Part shown: piece after piece, positions 54,668 to 64,000 of the stretch | Layout of the letters: every line of letters starts with the position of its first letter | How positions within the stretch are numbered: the first letter of the stretch is position 1 | Assembly: GCA_963707915.1 (NCBI GenBank) | Contig: OY970178.1 | Span: 1,888,001 to 1,952,000 of the forward strand | Length of the DNA stretch: 64,000 nucleotides | Direction: 5' to 3' | From: Candidatus Eiseniibacteriota bacterium | Lineage (GTDB): Bacteria; Eisenbacteria; RBG-16-71-46 | The notes under the pieces: generated by a model | The model's input: the letters and a program-made list of their open reading frames with translations, nothing else | The model's database searches: none | Told to the model about the DNA's origin: nothing | Position numbers and translations under genes: made by a program

Positions 54668-56206
54668 ATGTCCGACCGCCTGCGCCTGTCCGAAGCGCTC
54701 GTCGTGCCGCTCGCCTTCGCCGCGCTCAAGCTGGCGCTCCACGCGCTGGCGGTGACCCACTGGGGTTACTTCCGCGACGAGCTGTACTACATCGCCTGCA
54801 GCAAGCACCTGGCCTGGGGCTACGTGGACCAGCCGCCGTTCTCGATCGCGCTGCTGGCCCTGAACCGCTCCCTGCTCGGCGACTCGCTGCACGCGCTGCG
54901 CTGGCTGCCGGCGCTCTCGGGGGCGGCGACCGTGGTCGTCACCGGGCTGCTGGTGCGCGAGTTCGGCGGGCGCCGCTTCGCCCAGGCGCTGGCCTGCCTG
55001 TGCGCGCTGCTGCCGCCGGTGTGGCTGGCGGTGGACCACTTCTTCAGCATGAACGCCTTCGACACGCTGTTCTGGTCGCTGGGCGCGCTGCTGCTGCTGC
55101 GCGCGCTCGACGGCGGGCGCACCCGCACCTGGGTCGCTCTCGGGCTGGTGCTGGGGCTGGGCCTGCTCAACAAGACGAGCATGCTGTGGTTCGGCGGCGG
55201 GGCGTTCCTCGGCCTGCTGGTCTCCCCGCAGCGGCGGCAACTGCGCACGCGCGGGCCGTGGCTGGCGGCCGCCCTCGCGGCGCTGCTGTTCCTGCCGCAC
55301 GTGATCTGGCAGGTGGTGAACGGCTGGCCGACGCTGGAGTTCATGCGCAACGCGGCCGGCTCCAAGATGGTGCGCACCGGGCTCGTGGACTTCTGGGTCC
55401 AGCAGGTGCTGGTCATGAGCCCGGTGACGCTGCCGGTGTGGCTCACCGGGCTGGTCGCGCTGCTCGCGTCGCGGCGGGCGCGCGCGCTGGGCGTGGTCTT
55501 CGTCGCCACCGCGATCCTGCTGGTGGTGAGCGGCTCGAGCCGTCCCAACTATCTCGCGGTGGCCTACGCGCCGCTCCTCGCGATGGGGGCGACGGTCATC
55601 GGGCGCACCGCGGGCACCGGCCGAAGGCAGGTCGTTCGCCGCTGGCTGCGGCCCGCGGCGTTCGCGCTGGTGCTGGCCGGCGGGCTCCCGCTGGTGCCGG
55701 CCTTCCTGCCGGTCCTGCCGGTGGAGCGCCACGCCGCCTACATGCGCGCGCTCGGCGTGGGCATCAAGCCGCAGGAGCGCACCCGCGAGGGCGAGTTGCC
55801 GCAGGTCTTCGCCGACATGTTCGGCTGGGAGGACATGGTCCGTCGCGTGGCGCGCGTCTACCGCTCGCTGCCGCCCGCCGAGCGGGCCAGGTGCGCGATC
55901 CTCACCCGCAACTACGGGCAGGCCGGCGCCATCGACTTCTTCGGCCCGCGCTACGGGCTGCCGCCGGCGATCTGCCCGCAGAACAACTACTGGCTCTGGG
56001 GCACGCGCGGCGCGACCGGCGAGGTCGTCATCATCGTGGGCGGCGACCGCGACGACCGCCACGCGGACTTCCGCGAGGTGGTGCTGGCCGACACCACGAG
56101 CTGCCGCTGGTGCATGCCGTTCGAGAACGGCGCGCCGATCTTCCTGTGCAAGGGCCTGAACCAGCCGCTCGCGCGCCGCTGGGCGGAGATCCGCGCCTAC
56201 CGCTGA
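54668..56206 (+). CDS. GT-C fold membrane glycosyltransferase (GT39/ArnT-like)
   Basis: GYFRDELYY..HLAWGYVDQPP; many TM helices; FADMFGW; NYGQAGA. Confidence 0.88.
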   Translation: MSDRLRLSEALVVPLAFAALKLALHALAVTHWGYFRDELYYIACSKHLAWGYVDQPPFSIALLALNRSLLGDSLHALRWLPALSGAATVVVTGLLVREFGGRRFAQALACLCALLPPVWLAVDHFFSMNAFDTLFWSLGALLLLRALDGGRTRTWVALGLVLGLGLLNKTSMLWFGGGAFLGLLVSPQRRQLRTRGPWLAAALAALLFLPHVIWQVVNGWPTLEFMRNAAGSKMVRTGLVDFWVQQVLVMSPVTLPVWLTGLVALLASRRARALGVVFVATAILLVVSGSSRPNYLAVAYAPLLAMGATVIGRTAGTGRRQVVRRWLRPAAFALVLAGGLPLVPAFLPVLPVERHAAYMRALGVGIKPQERTREGELPQVFADMFGWEDMVRRVARVYRSLPPAERARCAILTRNYGQAGAIDFFGPRYGLPPAICPQNNYWLWGTRGATGEVVIIVGGDRDDRHADFREVVLADTTSCRWCMPFENGAPIFLCKGLNQPLARRWAEIRAYR

Positions 56207-56343
56207 GGGCCGGGGGCACCCTGCGCGGCCGTGGTGGGCGGCTCGCGCCCCACCGGGGCCCGGGTGACCGCCCCGCGCCCGGGCCCCGCGCCGTGGCCCC
56301 CGGCAGCGCCCCACGCCGTGGCTCCATCCGGACCGCGCGCCCG

Positions 56344-58344
56344 CTACGCGCCGCCCACCCGCTCGAAGCGCGCCGAGGAGGCCGTCCGGGTCCCGGTGGT
56401 CAGGTCGCGCACCCGCACGTCCAGCCGGTAGTGCCCGGGCTTGAGCGACTGCACCGGCACGGTGATGAACTGCCGGCGCAGCGGGCCGACGTTCGTCTCC
56501 TCGCTGCGCACGACGTAGTGCGGCAGGCGCTCGCCGAACGGCAGCAGCCGCTCGTACCACGCCCGATTGTCCCGCTCCTCGGAGGCCACGGAGTACTCGT
56601 ACTCGAAGTGCGCCTCGCCGTCGGCGCCGGGCGTCATGCGGTAGACCTCGAAGTAGGCGACCAGCGGCCCCTCGCCGCTCACGCGCGACCGGAGATTGGG
56701 GCCGAGCCGGATCTCGGGCGCGCTGCGCACCATGTCGATCGAGCCGCAGGTGACCACGACGTCGCTCATCGAGAGCCCGGCCGGGACGGCCGCGACCTGC
56801 TGCGTGGTCCGCGCCACGCCGCGCGCGCCGTGACCGTCGCGCACCGAGAAGGCCACGCGGTACACCCCGGGCGGGACGTCGAAGGTGAAGTCCCCGACGC
56901 GGCGCGACGCGGGCTCGCAGCCCGACGGCGAGAGCGTGCGCGCCAGCCGGGCGACCACGTGCTCGGTCGAGTCCACCAGCGCGCACTGGGCCCACAGGCT
57001 GTCCACCGGCGTGCCCGGGGTCTCGATCTGCGCCAGCAGCTTGGTGCCCTGCGCGCCCTCGAAGCGGGCGACCCGGCCCTCGACCGGCAGCGGCCTCACG
57101 CCGGGCGGCAGCGCCGGGAAGACCCCGCGTCCGCCCGCGGTCGCGACCAGGTCGCTGCGCTCGAGCGCGCGCGGGTCGGGCACGGGATCGGTGCTGCGGA
57201 AGCGCCCGCGCGGCGGCTCGTAGCGGTTCGAGAGCAGCACGTCCTGCAGCAGGACGGTCATCCCCAGCCCGGGGTAGGTCCAGACCTGGGTGTGCATCGG
57301 GTACCACATCGGGTCGCCGACCCGCCGCACACCGCCCAGGGCGGTGCGGCGGTACCAGTCGGTCTTGTTGGGTCGCTGCTCCGCCGGCAGGCCGGCCAGC
57401 TCGTAGATGGCCTGCTCCGGGGCGCCGTAGCGCACGTAGAGGTCGGCCCGCGAGTCCCAGCGCGACTGCGCCGGGTCGAGGAACACCAGGCTCGCGTGCG
57501 CGATGCGCGACCAGTACTCGAGCCGGGCCTCGTTCTCGGGGGTGGCCACGTCGGGGTCGGCCTCGCTCCAGAAGCGGCGCACGAACTCGTCCGCCATCCG
57601 CGGCGGCATCTCCGCCAGCGCTTCGCCGTCGTTGGGGGGCAGCAGCGGCGCGAGGTCCGCGAAGCGCGCCTGCAGCGCCGGCGGCAGGCCGGGGATCGCG
57701 AGCGTGAACAGGCTCTCGGCGCGCGTCGCCTGGCCGGCACGGTAGGCCAGGTAGGCGGCGGCCAGCCGCACTTCGGGGTCACCCGGGAAGCGTTCGCAGG
57801 CGCGTTCGGCGGTCGCGCGCGCGCGGGACGCCTCGCCGTGCTCGTAGAGCAGCGGCGCCAGCAGGACCCACGACTCGCGCAGGCCGGGGTCCAGCTCGGT
57901 CGCGGCCGACAGGTGCCGGACCGCCAGCGCGAGCGAGGCGGGCTCGAGGAAGGCGAGCCAGTCGCGCTTCCAGACCTGGCCGAGCCCGAGGCGCGCCGCG
58001 CCGCAGTGCCCGTCGAGCTCCACGGCCTGCTCGAAGCTCCGGCGCGCCTGCTGGTCGAAGCCGGCATCGAGGCACACCCGGCCGTACGACAGCCGCAGGC
58101 GCACGTCGCCCGGGGCGAGCAGGACGGCCTGCTGGAGATCGCGCAGCGCGACGCGGCGCGCGTCGAAGCCGCCCGTGGCCAGGCGCGCGTCGGCGTCGCG
58201 GCACAGGGAGTCGGCGCGGGCGGCGCGCGCGGAGGACGAAGGGGCGGGAGAGGCGACAACAGGCGTCGGGGCTCCGCCGGGGCTGCACACGGCGATCGCA
58301 CCGAGCCAGAGCAGGGCGTCGATGAAGGCCAGCCCTCGCTTCAC
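56344..58344 (-). CDS. Exported TPR + GWxTD-domain protein
   Basis: TPRs followed by FW...DPD..TPENE..LEYWSRIAHA...R..LYVRYGAP; C-terminal Ig-like domain. Confidence 0.82.
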   Translation of the reverse strand: MKRGLAFIDALLWLGAIAVCSPGGAPTPVVASPAPSSSARAARADSLCRDADARLATGGFDARRVALRDLQQAVLLAPGDVRLRLSYGRVCLDAGFDQQARRSFEQAVELDGHCGAARLGLGQVWKRDWLAFLEPASLALAVRHLSAATELDPGLRESWVLLAPLLYEHGEASRARATAERACERFPGDPEVRLAAAYLAYRAGQATRAESLFTLAIPGLPPALQARFADLAPLLPPNDGEALAEMPPRMADEFVRRFWSEADPDVATPENEARLEYWSRIAHASLVFLDPAQSRWDSRADLYVRYGAPEQAIYELAGLPAEQRPNKTDWYRRTALGGVRRVGDPMWYPMHTQVWTYPGLGMTVLLQDVLLSNRYEPPRGRFRSTDPVPDPRALERSDLVATAGGRGVFPALPPGVRPLPVEGRVARFEGAQGTKLLAQIETPGTPVDSLWAQCALVDSTEHVVARLARTLSPSGCEPASRRVGDFTFDVPPGVYRVAFSVRDGHGARGVARTTQQVAAVPAGLSMSDVVVTCGSIDMVRSAPEIRLGPNLRSRVSGEGPLVAYFEVYRMTPGADGEAHFEYEYSVASEERDNRAWYERLLPFGERLPHYVVRSEETNVGPLRRQFITVPVQSLKPGHYRLDVRVRDLTTGTRTASSARFERVGGA

Positions 58345-58499
58345 GTCGTTCCTCTCCCGCCCGGACGAACGGAGTATGGCGCTCCCGCGGGGTTGGATTC
58401 AACGGGAATCTGGCGGTCAGCGCGGGCCACCCCGCGGTCGGCGCGGACCGGCGCCGCAGCACGCGGGGCCTTGTCGCCTGCTCCGGGGAGGCAGCCGGT

Positions 58500-60380
58500 T
58501 CAGCCGGCGGGCGCGCGGCGCGCCAGCAGCAGCGTGATGTCGTCCGATGGCCCCTGGTCACCTTCGAAGCCGTGCACCGCGTCCACGATCCGGCGCGCGA
58601 GCGCCTCGCAGGGCTCGCCGGACCGCGGCCGGAGCAGCTCGAGCAGCCGTTCCTCGCCCCACATCGCGCCGTCGACCGCCTGCGCCTCGGTCACGCCGTC
58701 GGTGAAGAGCGTCAGCGTCGCCCCCGGCGCCAGCACCCCCGTGCCCTTCGCGTACGCGCCATCCTCGAGCATCCCGAGCAGCAGGCCCCCGGTCTCCAGC
58801 GTGGTCACCGCACCGTCGCACCCGACCACGTAGGGCGGGTTGTGCCCGGCGTTGCAGTACTCGAGCGTCCCGTCGCGCGGGTCGAGCACTGCGAGGAACG
58901 CGGTCACGAAGCGTCCGGGCTCGACGCTCTGGTGCAGGAAGCGGTTGACGCGCGCCATCACGTGCGCCGGGTCGCCGGTGCCGTCGAGCTGGCTCATGAG
59001 CGAGGCGCGGAACGCCGACATCAGCAGCGCCGCGGGCACGCCCTTGCCCGACACGTCGGCGATCACCAGCGCCACGCGCCCGTCGGCGAGCACCCTGTGG
59101 TCGAAGTAGTCCCCGCCCACCTCGCGCGCGGGCTCGCTCACCCCGGCGATGTCCACGCCCGCGACGCCGGGCGGCCGTTCCGGCAGCAGGCGTGACTGGA
59201 TGCGCCGCGCCAGCGCCAGCTCGCTCTCGATCCGTCCGCGCTCCCGCTCCAGTTCGCGCCCGCGCTGGAGGCCCTCGGCCATGCGGTTGAACGCCACGGC
59301 CACGCCCCACAGCTCGTCGTCGCCCTCGACCGGGATGCGGTGCTCGAGCCGCCCGGCCTCGAGCGCGCTCGCGCCGCCGCGCAGTGCGGCGACCGCGGCG
59401 GTGACGCTCGTTCCCAGTGCCCGCATCAGCCCGACGGCGCGGAACCACAGCCGCACGCCGGCGAACACCAGGATCGCGATCAGCCCCAGCGTGACGAGGC
59501 TCACGTCCCAGGCGAGCGCACGCCGGAAGAAACCGGCGAGTGTCGGCCAGAAGTCCACGTGGACGGTCAGCAAGCCGTTGGTGCGCTCCCACCCCGACGG
59601 CGTCCTCGCCCAGGAGCCCAGGTTCGCGAAGCCGTCGAAGAGCGAGAACCCCGTCCGCGCCTCCGGTCCGGATCGGGAAGGGGTCGCCGCGGGGACACCG
59701 GTGGGAAGGATCTCGACCCGTTGCCCCGCGACCTTCCGGAACACGAGCACGGCCTCGATGCGGCGCTGGATGTCCTCCGAGAGCGCCCCCCGCATCGGGA
59801 TCACCGCCAGGCCGGCGAGCGTGGTGTCGGCCGGTGCGCGCAGCGTCGCGCACAGGTACGAACGCCCGCCGACGATCAGGACCGGCACCTCGGGCGAAAC
59901 CGCCGGCAGCGTCGCCAGCGCGGCGGAATCGATGGCCTCATCGCCCGCCACGCGGTGCCAGTTCCCGCGGCCGAGCCACGCGGTCATCCCCAGCCGGCGG
60001 CCCGCCTCCGCTGCGGTGAGCGCGCGCAACCGCTCCTCGGCGAGCCCGGGCTGCGCGAGCGCGAGCGCGAGTTCGTCGTGCAGCGCCTGTGCCCGGGCCA
60101 GGTACTGGCCGCGCGCCGCCTCGGCCCGCTCGGAGGCCGTGCCCAGGTAGGAGCTGGACGCCCAGAGCAGGGCCATCACCACCACCGGGACCACCGTGGC
60201 GATCACCAGCAGCACCAGCAGGCGGCGGCCGATGCTGGGGATCGCGAGCGCGTGCCGCTGGATCGTGCGCACGAGCAGGCGCGTGCCCAGCCCGACGGTC
60301 GCCAGCACCAGCCCGAGCCGGAGCGCGAACCCGCTGATATCGCCCGCGTTCAGGAACGCCGCGAGCCGTGCGGCAATCAT
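58500..60380 (-). CDS. Membrane HAMP + SpoIIE/PP2C phosphatase (RsbU-like)
   Basis: HAMP DELWGVAVAFNRMA; VGGDYFD, ADVSGKG, NAGH, FTDGVTEA, DDITLL. Confidence 0.92.
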   Translation of the reverse strand: MIAARLAAFLNAGDISGFALRLGLVLATVGLGTRLLVRTIQRHALAIPSIGRRLLVLLVIATVVPVVVMALLWASSSYLGTASERAEAARGQYLARAQALHDELALALAQPGLAEERLRALTAAEAGRRLGMTAWLGRGNWHRVAGDEAIDSAALATLPAVSPEVPVLIVGGRSYLCATLRAPADTTLAGLAVIPMRGALSEDIQRRIEAVLVFRKVAGQRVEILPTGVPAATPSRSGPEARTGFSLFDGFANLGSWARTPSGWERTNGLLTVHVDFWPTLAGFFRRALAWDVSLVTLGLIAILVFAGVRLWFRAVGLMRALGTSVTAAVAALRGGASALEAGRLEHRIPVEGDDELWGVAVAFNRMAEGLQRGRELERERGRIESELALARRIQSRLLPERPPGVAGVDIAGVSEPAREVGGDYFDHRVLADGRVALVIADVSGKGVPAALLMSAFRASLMSQLDGTGDPAHVMARVNRFLHQSVEPGRFVTAFLAVLDPRDGTLEYCNAGHNPPYVVGCDGAVTTLETGGLLLGMLEDGAYAKGTGVLAPGATLTLFTDGVTEAQAVDGAMWGEERLLELLRPRSGEPCEALARRIVDAVHGFEGDQGPSDDITLLLARRAPAG

Positions 60381-61033
60381 CGCAGGCTTCCGCCGCCGCG
60401 CTCGAAGGTGGTCAGCTCACGCCGCAGCATGCGCCCCGCGTAGCAGTGGAGCCCCAGCGGGATCAGCCCCGCCTCGCGGAACAGGTGCCGGTAGACCGCG
60501 GCCGGGCGCTGGTGGAAGCCCTCCTGGTCGCCCTCGGTGGCGTCCTCCTTCGCGAACAGCTCGAGGAACGCCACGCCGCCGAGCATGCGCGCGATGGTCT
60601 TGAGCCCGCGGCGCGCCTCGTCCGTCCCGACGTAGTGGAGGACGTCGGAGCAGACGATCAGATCGTAGGGCGGGTCGAGCCCGAGCCGACCGAGCGTGCC
60701 CAGCGAGCCGAGCCGGAGGTTGCGCGCGCGCCCGTAGCGCTTCACCGCGTACTCGCTCGAGTCCACGCCGGTGTAGCGCGCCTTCGGCCGCGCGTGCCGG
60801 AGCAGCTCGCGCCACGGCCCCTCGCCGCAGCCCACGTCGAGCACCGTGCGCAACGGGCGCTCGAGCAGGTACTCGGCGGCCGCGACCGCCAGCTGCACGC
60901 GGCGCGCCAGCACGCCCTGGTGGACCACCGTCCAGCGCGGGTCGCGGTACCAGCGTTCGAAGTACTCGCGGTCGTAGCGCTTGGGCGTCGGGGCCCGCGG
61001 CGGTCGCGGGCGGGAGGCGGGGCCGCGCGGCAC
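60377..61033 (-). CDS. Class I SAM-dependent methyltransferase
   Basis: YDREYF..WY; VLDVGCGEG; YDLIVCSDVLHY. Confidence 0.88.
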   Translation of the reverse strand: MPRGPASRPRPPRAPTPKRYDREYFERWYRDPRWTVVHQGVLARRVQLAVAAAEYLLERPLRTVLDVGCGEGPWRELLRHARPKARYTGVDSSEYAVKRYGRARNLRLGSLGTLGRLGLDPPYDLIVCSDVLHYVGTDEARRGLKTIARMLGGVAFLELFAKEDATEGDQEGFHQRPAAVYRHLFREAGLIPLGLHCYAGRMLRRELTTFERGGGSLR

Positions 61034-61035
61034 GG

Positions 61036-62298
61036 CTAGGCCCCGGACTCCTTGACGCGCGTGACGTCCGCGCCCAGCGCGGCGAGCTTCTGCTCGATGA
61101 CCTCGTAGCCGCGGTCGAGATGGTAGATGCGCGAGATCCTGGTCTCGCCGTCGGCCACCAGCGCGGCGATCACCAGTGCGGCGCTGGCGCGGATGTCGGT
61201 CGCCATCACCGGGGCACCCGACAGGCGCTCGACGCCCTTCACGATGGCGACGTTGTTCTGCATGCGCACGTCGGCCCCCAGCCGCGCCAGCTCCGGCACG
61301 TGGCTGAAGCGGTCGAGATAGATCGTGTCGGTGATGGTGCTGGTGCCGTCGGCCACGGCGCACACCGCCATGATCTGCGCCTGCATGTCGGTCGGGAAGC
61401 CGGGGAACGGCTCGGTCACCACGTTGAGCGCGGCGGGCCGCGCCGGGCCCCGCACCGTGACCTCGCGCTCGCCGGCGAGCACCTCGCAGCCGGCCTGCTC
61501 GAGCACGCGCAGCACGCCCCCGAGGTGCGCGGGCTCGCAGTTCCCGATCGCCAGGCTGCTGCCGGTGATGGCGGCGGCGGCGAGGAACGTGGCGCCCTCG
61601 ACCCGGTCCGGGATGATGGCGGTCTCGATCGGCCACAGGTGCTTCACGCCGCGGATGGTCAGCTGCCGCGATCCGATGCCCTCGATGTCGGCCCCGCACT
61701 GCACCAGCACCTCGGCGAGCGCGGTGATGTCGGGCTCGATGGCCACGTTGTCGAGCGCGGTGACGCCCTCGGCGAGCACCGCGGCCATCATCAGCTGGGC
61801 GGTCGCGCCGACCGAGACCGTGCCGAAGTGGAAGGGGGCGCCCTTGAGCCGCACGTCGTGCCCGACGACGTAGCCGTGCTCGATCTCGAGGTTCGCGTTC
61901 ATCGCGTTGAGGCCCTCGAGGTGCAGGTTGATGGGCCGCGGGCCCCAGGCGCAGCCGCCCGGCAGCGAGACCCGCGCGGCGCCGAAGCGCGCCAGCAGCG
62001 GACCCAGCACGTAGACGCTGGCGCGCATGGTGCGCACCAGGTCGTAGGGCGCCTCGAACGAGCCGACGTTGGTGGTGTCCACCACGCAGGTGTGGCCGTG
62101 GAAGGCCACCTTCGCCCCGAGCGTCTCGAGCACGCGGGCCATGGTGCGCGTGTCGGACAGCAGCGGCATGTTGCGCAGCGTGTGCACCCCGGAGGTGAGC
62201 AGCGTCGCGGCCATGAGCGGCAGGGCGGCGTTCTTGGCGCCGCTGATCTCCACACGGCCGGAGAGCCGCCGTCCACCGCGAACGATCAGGGCGTCCAT
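61036..62298 (-). CDS. murA: UDP-N-acetylglucosamine 1-carboxyvinyltransferase (alternative start at 62373)
   Basis: SGAKNA, MRAS, LPGGCAWGPRP (active-site Cys), FPTDMQAQ, HLDRGYE. Confidence 0.97.
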   Translation of the reverse strand: MDALIVRGGRRLSGRVEISGAKNAALPLMAATLLTSGVHTLRNMPLLSDTRTMARVLETLGAKVAFHGHTCVVDTTNVGSFEAPYDLVRTMRASVYVLGPLLARFGAARVSLPGGCAWGPRPINLHLEGLNAMNANLEIEHGYVVGHDVRLKGAPFHFGTVSVGATAQLMMAAVLAEGVTALDNVAIEPDITALAEVLVQCGADIEGIGSRQLTIRGVKHLWPIETAIIPDRVEGATFLAAAAITGSSLAIGNCEPAHLGGVLRVLEQAGCEVLAGEREVTVRGPARPAALNVVTEPFPGFPTDMQAQIMAVCAVADGTSTITDTIYLDRFSHVPELARLGADVRMQNNVAIVKGVERLSGAPVMATDIRASAALVIAALVADGETRISRIYHLDRGYEVIEQKLAALGADVTRVKESGA

Positions 62299-62448
62299 GG
62301 TCTTGGGCCTCGCGTCTTGCGGAGCGGAAGGGTCGAGGGTGAGCGGATCGAGCCGGTGCGACGCGACATCCATGTGCGGATCCCCTTGCTGCGGCCGATG
62401 ACCGTCCCTGGCCACGCTGCGGCGACGTTCCTTGGGTGCGAAGGGCGG

Positions 62449-62527
62449 ATTATGCGAGCGGGGGCGCCCCCGTGCAAGGCGAGCGGCCGGCCGGCGCGTG
62501 GCATCCCGCGGCGGGGGACCGTATCAT
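62449..62527. promoter_or_regulatory. Divergent sigma70 promoters for murA and the DUF1684 gene
   Basis: Minus strand TTGCAC-N17-CATAAT (62449-62477); plus strand TGGCAT-N17-TATCAT (62499-62527). Confidence 0.55.
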
Positions 62528-62589
62528 CGCCGCGCCGGGCGGCCGGAGGCCGCCTCGCTCCCGTCTTCACGAGATCACGGAGGACCGAC

Positions 62590-63519
62590 ATGTCGAGGCT
62601 CGCGCTCGTCGCCCTGCTGCTCACGCTCCTGCCCGGCGCCGCCGGGGCCGCCCGCGTCTCCCCCGCCGGCCCGGCGCGGCTCACGCCGGCGGAGGCCGAC
62701 TCGCTGACGCGGGCCATCCTCCAGGACCGCGCCGATACCGAGCGATGGCTCCGGAGCGGCGCGACCTCGTACCTGGCGACGGTCCAGCGCGTGGACTTCG
62801 GCGCGCGGACGTCGCTCACGCTCGGCAGCGCCGCGGACAACGACGTCCGCATCGCCGATCCGGACGTGTCGCCCCACCACCTGGTCGTGACCGTGACGGG
62901 CGACTCGTTCGACGTCGCCGCGGCGGACCCCGGCGCCTTGTATCGCGTGAACGACGAGATGCGCAGCCGCAGCACCGTGGGCCCGAGCGGCATCGGGGTC
63001 GGGCGCTTCACGGTGCGCCTGTCGCACCAGCGCTTCCCCGCCATCATCGTCTTCGACCCGAAGAGCCCGGGCTTCTCCCGGTACAAGGGCCTCAAGTGGT
63101 TCCCGGTGGACCTCGCCTACCGCTACCGCCTGCCGCTCACGCCGAACCCGAAGCCCGACACGGTCGTCATCCTCTCGACCCGCGGGAACCGCCGCCACGC
63201 GGTGCGGGTGGGCTGGTTCGACTTCCGGGTGGGCGGGACCCCCTGCCGGCTCGAGGCGTCACGACTGCTGGAACCGGGCGTGGGCGAGAACGACTTCTCG
63301 GTGTACTTCCGCGACGCCACCACCGGCCGGGAGACCTACGGCACGGGCCGCTACGTGGACCCGGAGCGGATGCCGGACGGGCGTTACCTGCTCGACTTCA
63401 ACCTCGCCTACAACCCTGCCTGCGCCGTCTCCGACCACTACAACTGCCCGATCCCGCCCCGGGCGAACGTGCTCAAAGTGCCGATCCGCGCGGGCGAGAT
63501 GGACGCGGGGTACCACTAG
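62590..63519 (+). CDS. DUF1684 family exported protein with FHA-like insert
   Basis: Signal peptide; FRDATTGRETYGTGRY; LDFNLAYNPACA...CPIPP..N..IRAGE. Confidence 0.9.
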   Translation: MSRLALVALLLTLLPGAAGAARVSPAGPARLTPAEADSLTRAILQDRADTERWLRSGATSYLATVQRVDFGARTSLTLGSAADNDVRIADPDVSPHHLVVTVTGDSFDVAAADPGALYRVNDEMRSRSTVGPSGIGVGRFTVRLSHQRFPAIIVFDPKSPGFSRYKGLKWFPVDLAYRYRLPLTPNPKPDTVVILSTRGNRRHAVRVGWFDFRVGGTPCRLEASRLLEPGVGENDFSVYFRDATTGRETYGTGRYVDPERMPDGRYLLDFNLAYNPACAVSDHYNCPIPPRANVLKVPIRAGEMDAGYH

Positions 63520-63617
63520 GCGCTCGCACCGGGGGTCGCGGCGGCAGCACCTCTCCGCCGGCCATGGCGCGGGAGAGCCGGACGCTCGTGGACGCGGAGG
63601 TGCCACGGCCCGCCGGG

Positions 63618-64000
63618 TCAGCGAGCGGGCAGCGGCCGCCCGGCCCGATAGAGCGCGAGTTGCCGGGTGCAACCTTCGATCTCCTGCGGCCGGCCGGCGT
63701 CCCGCGCCAACTCGAGCGCGCGCCGTGCCGCGCGGATCGCGTCGGGGAAGCGTCCGACCGCGGCGCAGGCCGCCGCGAGCTGGACGTAGGAGGCCTGGTT
63801 CATCGAGTCGAGCCGCACGGCGGCCTCGTACTCGGGGATCGCCTCGGCCACGCGTCCGTCGCCCGCCAGCGCGGCGGCGAGGTTGTGGTGGAGCCGGGCG
63901 GTCGGGTGGGTGCGCAGCGCGGCCCGGAAGTGCGCGATCGCCTCGCCGTAGCGGCCCGCGAGCCCGAGCGCGCTCGCCAGGCTGTTCTCCAGCTCGGCGC
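63618..64000 (-). CDS. TPR protein, C-terminal part (5' end outside window)
   Basis: Open frame from the window end; HHNLAAALA...EAIPEYEAA...LAAACAAVGRFPDAI. Confidence 0.8.
   Translation of the reverse strand, partial: AELENSLASALGLAGRYGEAIAHFRAALRTHPTARLHHNLAAALAGDGRVAEAIPEYEAAVRLDSMNQASYVQLAAACAAVGRFPDAIRAARRALELARDAGRPQEIEGCTRQLALYRAGRPLPAR

Overview
Very GC-rich chromosomal window from an FCB-related bacterium. Gene order, CoaBC/MurA motif variants, a GWxTD protein and a T9SS/FlgD-type protein suggest a Candidatus Eisenbacteria-like lineage (inference). Bases 1-21.6 kb are the core translation/transcription supercluster on the minus strand: tRNA-Thr/Tyr/Gly/Thr, tufB, rpmG, tRNA-Trp, secE, nusG, rplK, an inserted 66-aa ORF, rplA, rplJ, rplL, rpoBC, rpsLG, fusA, tufA, rpsJ, rplCDWB. 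Bases 25.5-42.1 kb are a long housekeeping run (yicC-gmk-rpoZ-coaBC-udg-dnaB-mlaEFD-radA-ispDF-gltX-ddl-M42-mscS-cysS). Many single-base frameshifts occur between ~20.1 and 35.7 kb and are most likely sequencing errors. Bases 42-64 kb mix accessory and housekeeping genes: truncated RqcH, a large surface protein, two HNH proteins, selB, a GT-C glycosyltransferase, GWxTD, PP2C, murA and DUF1684. The best candidate for an undescribed system is at 21.7-25.4 kb. A small secreted propeptide gene with a GDP/GDPD core is co-transcribed with a TPR-sensor sigma54 enhancer-binding protein. Directly downstream lie tandem palindromic enhancers, an IHF-like site, a near-consensus sigma54 promoter and a ~310-nt structured, ORF-poor transcript with its own terminator. 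Together these suggest peptide signalling that drives a sigma54-dependent small RNA.
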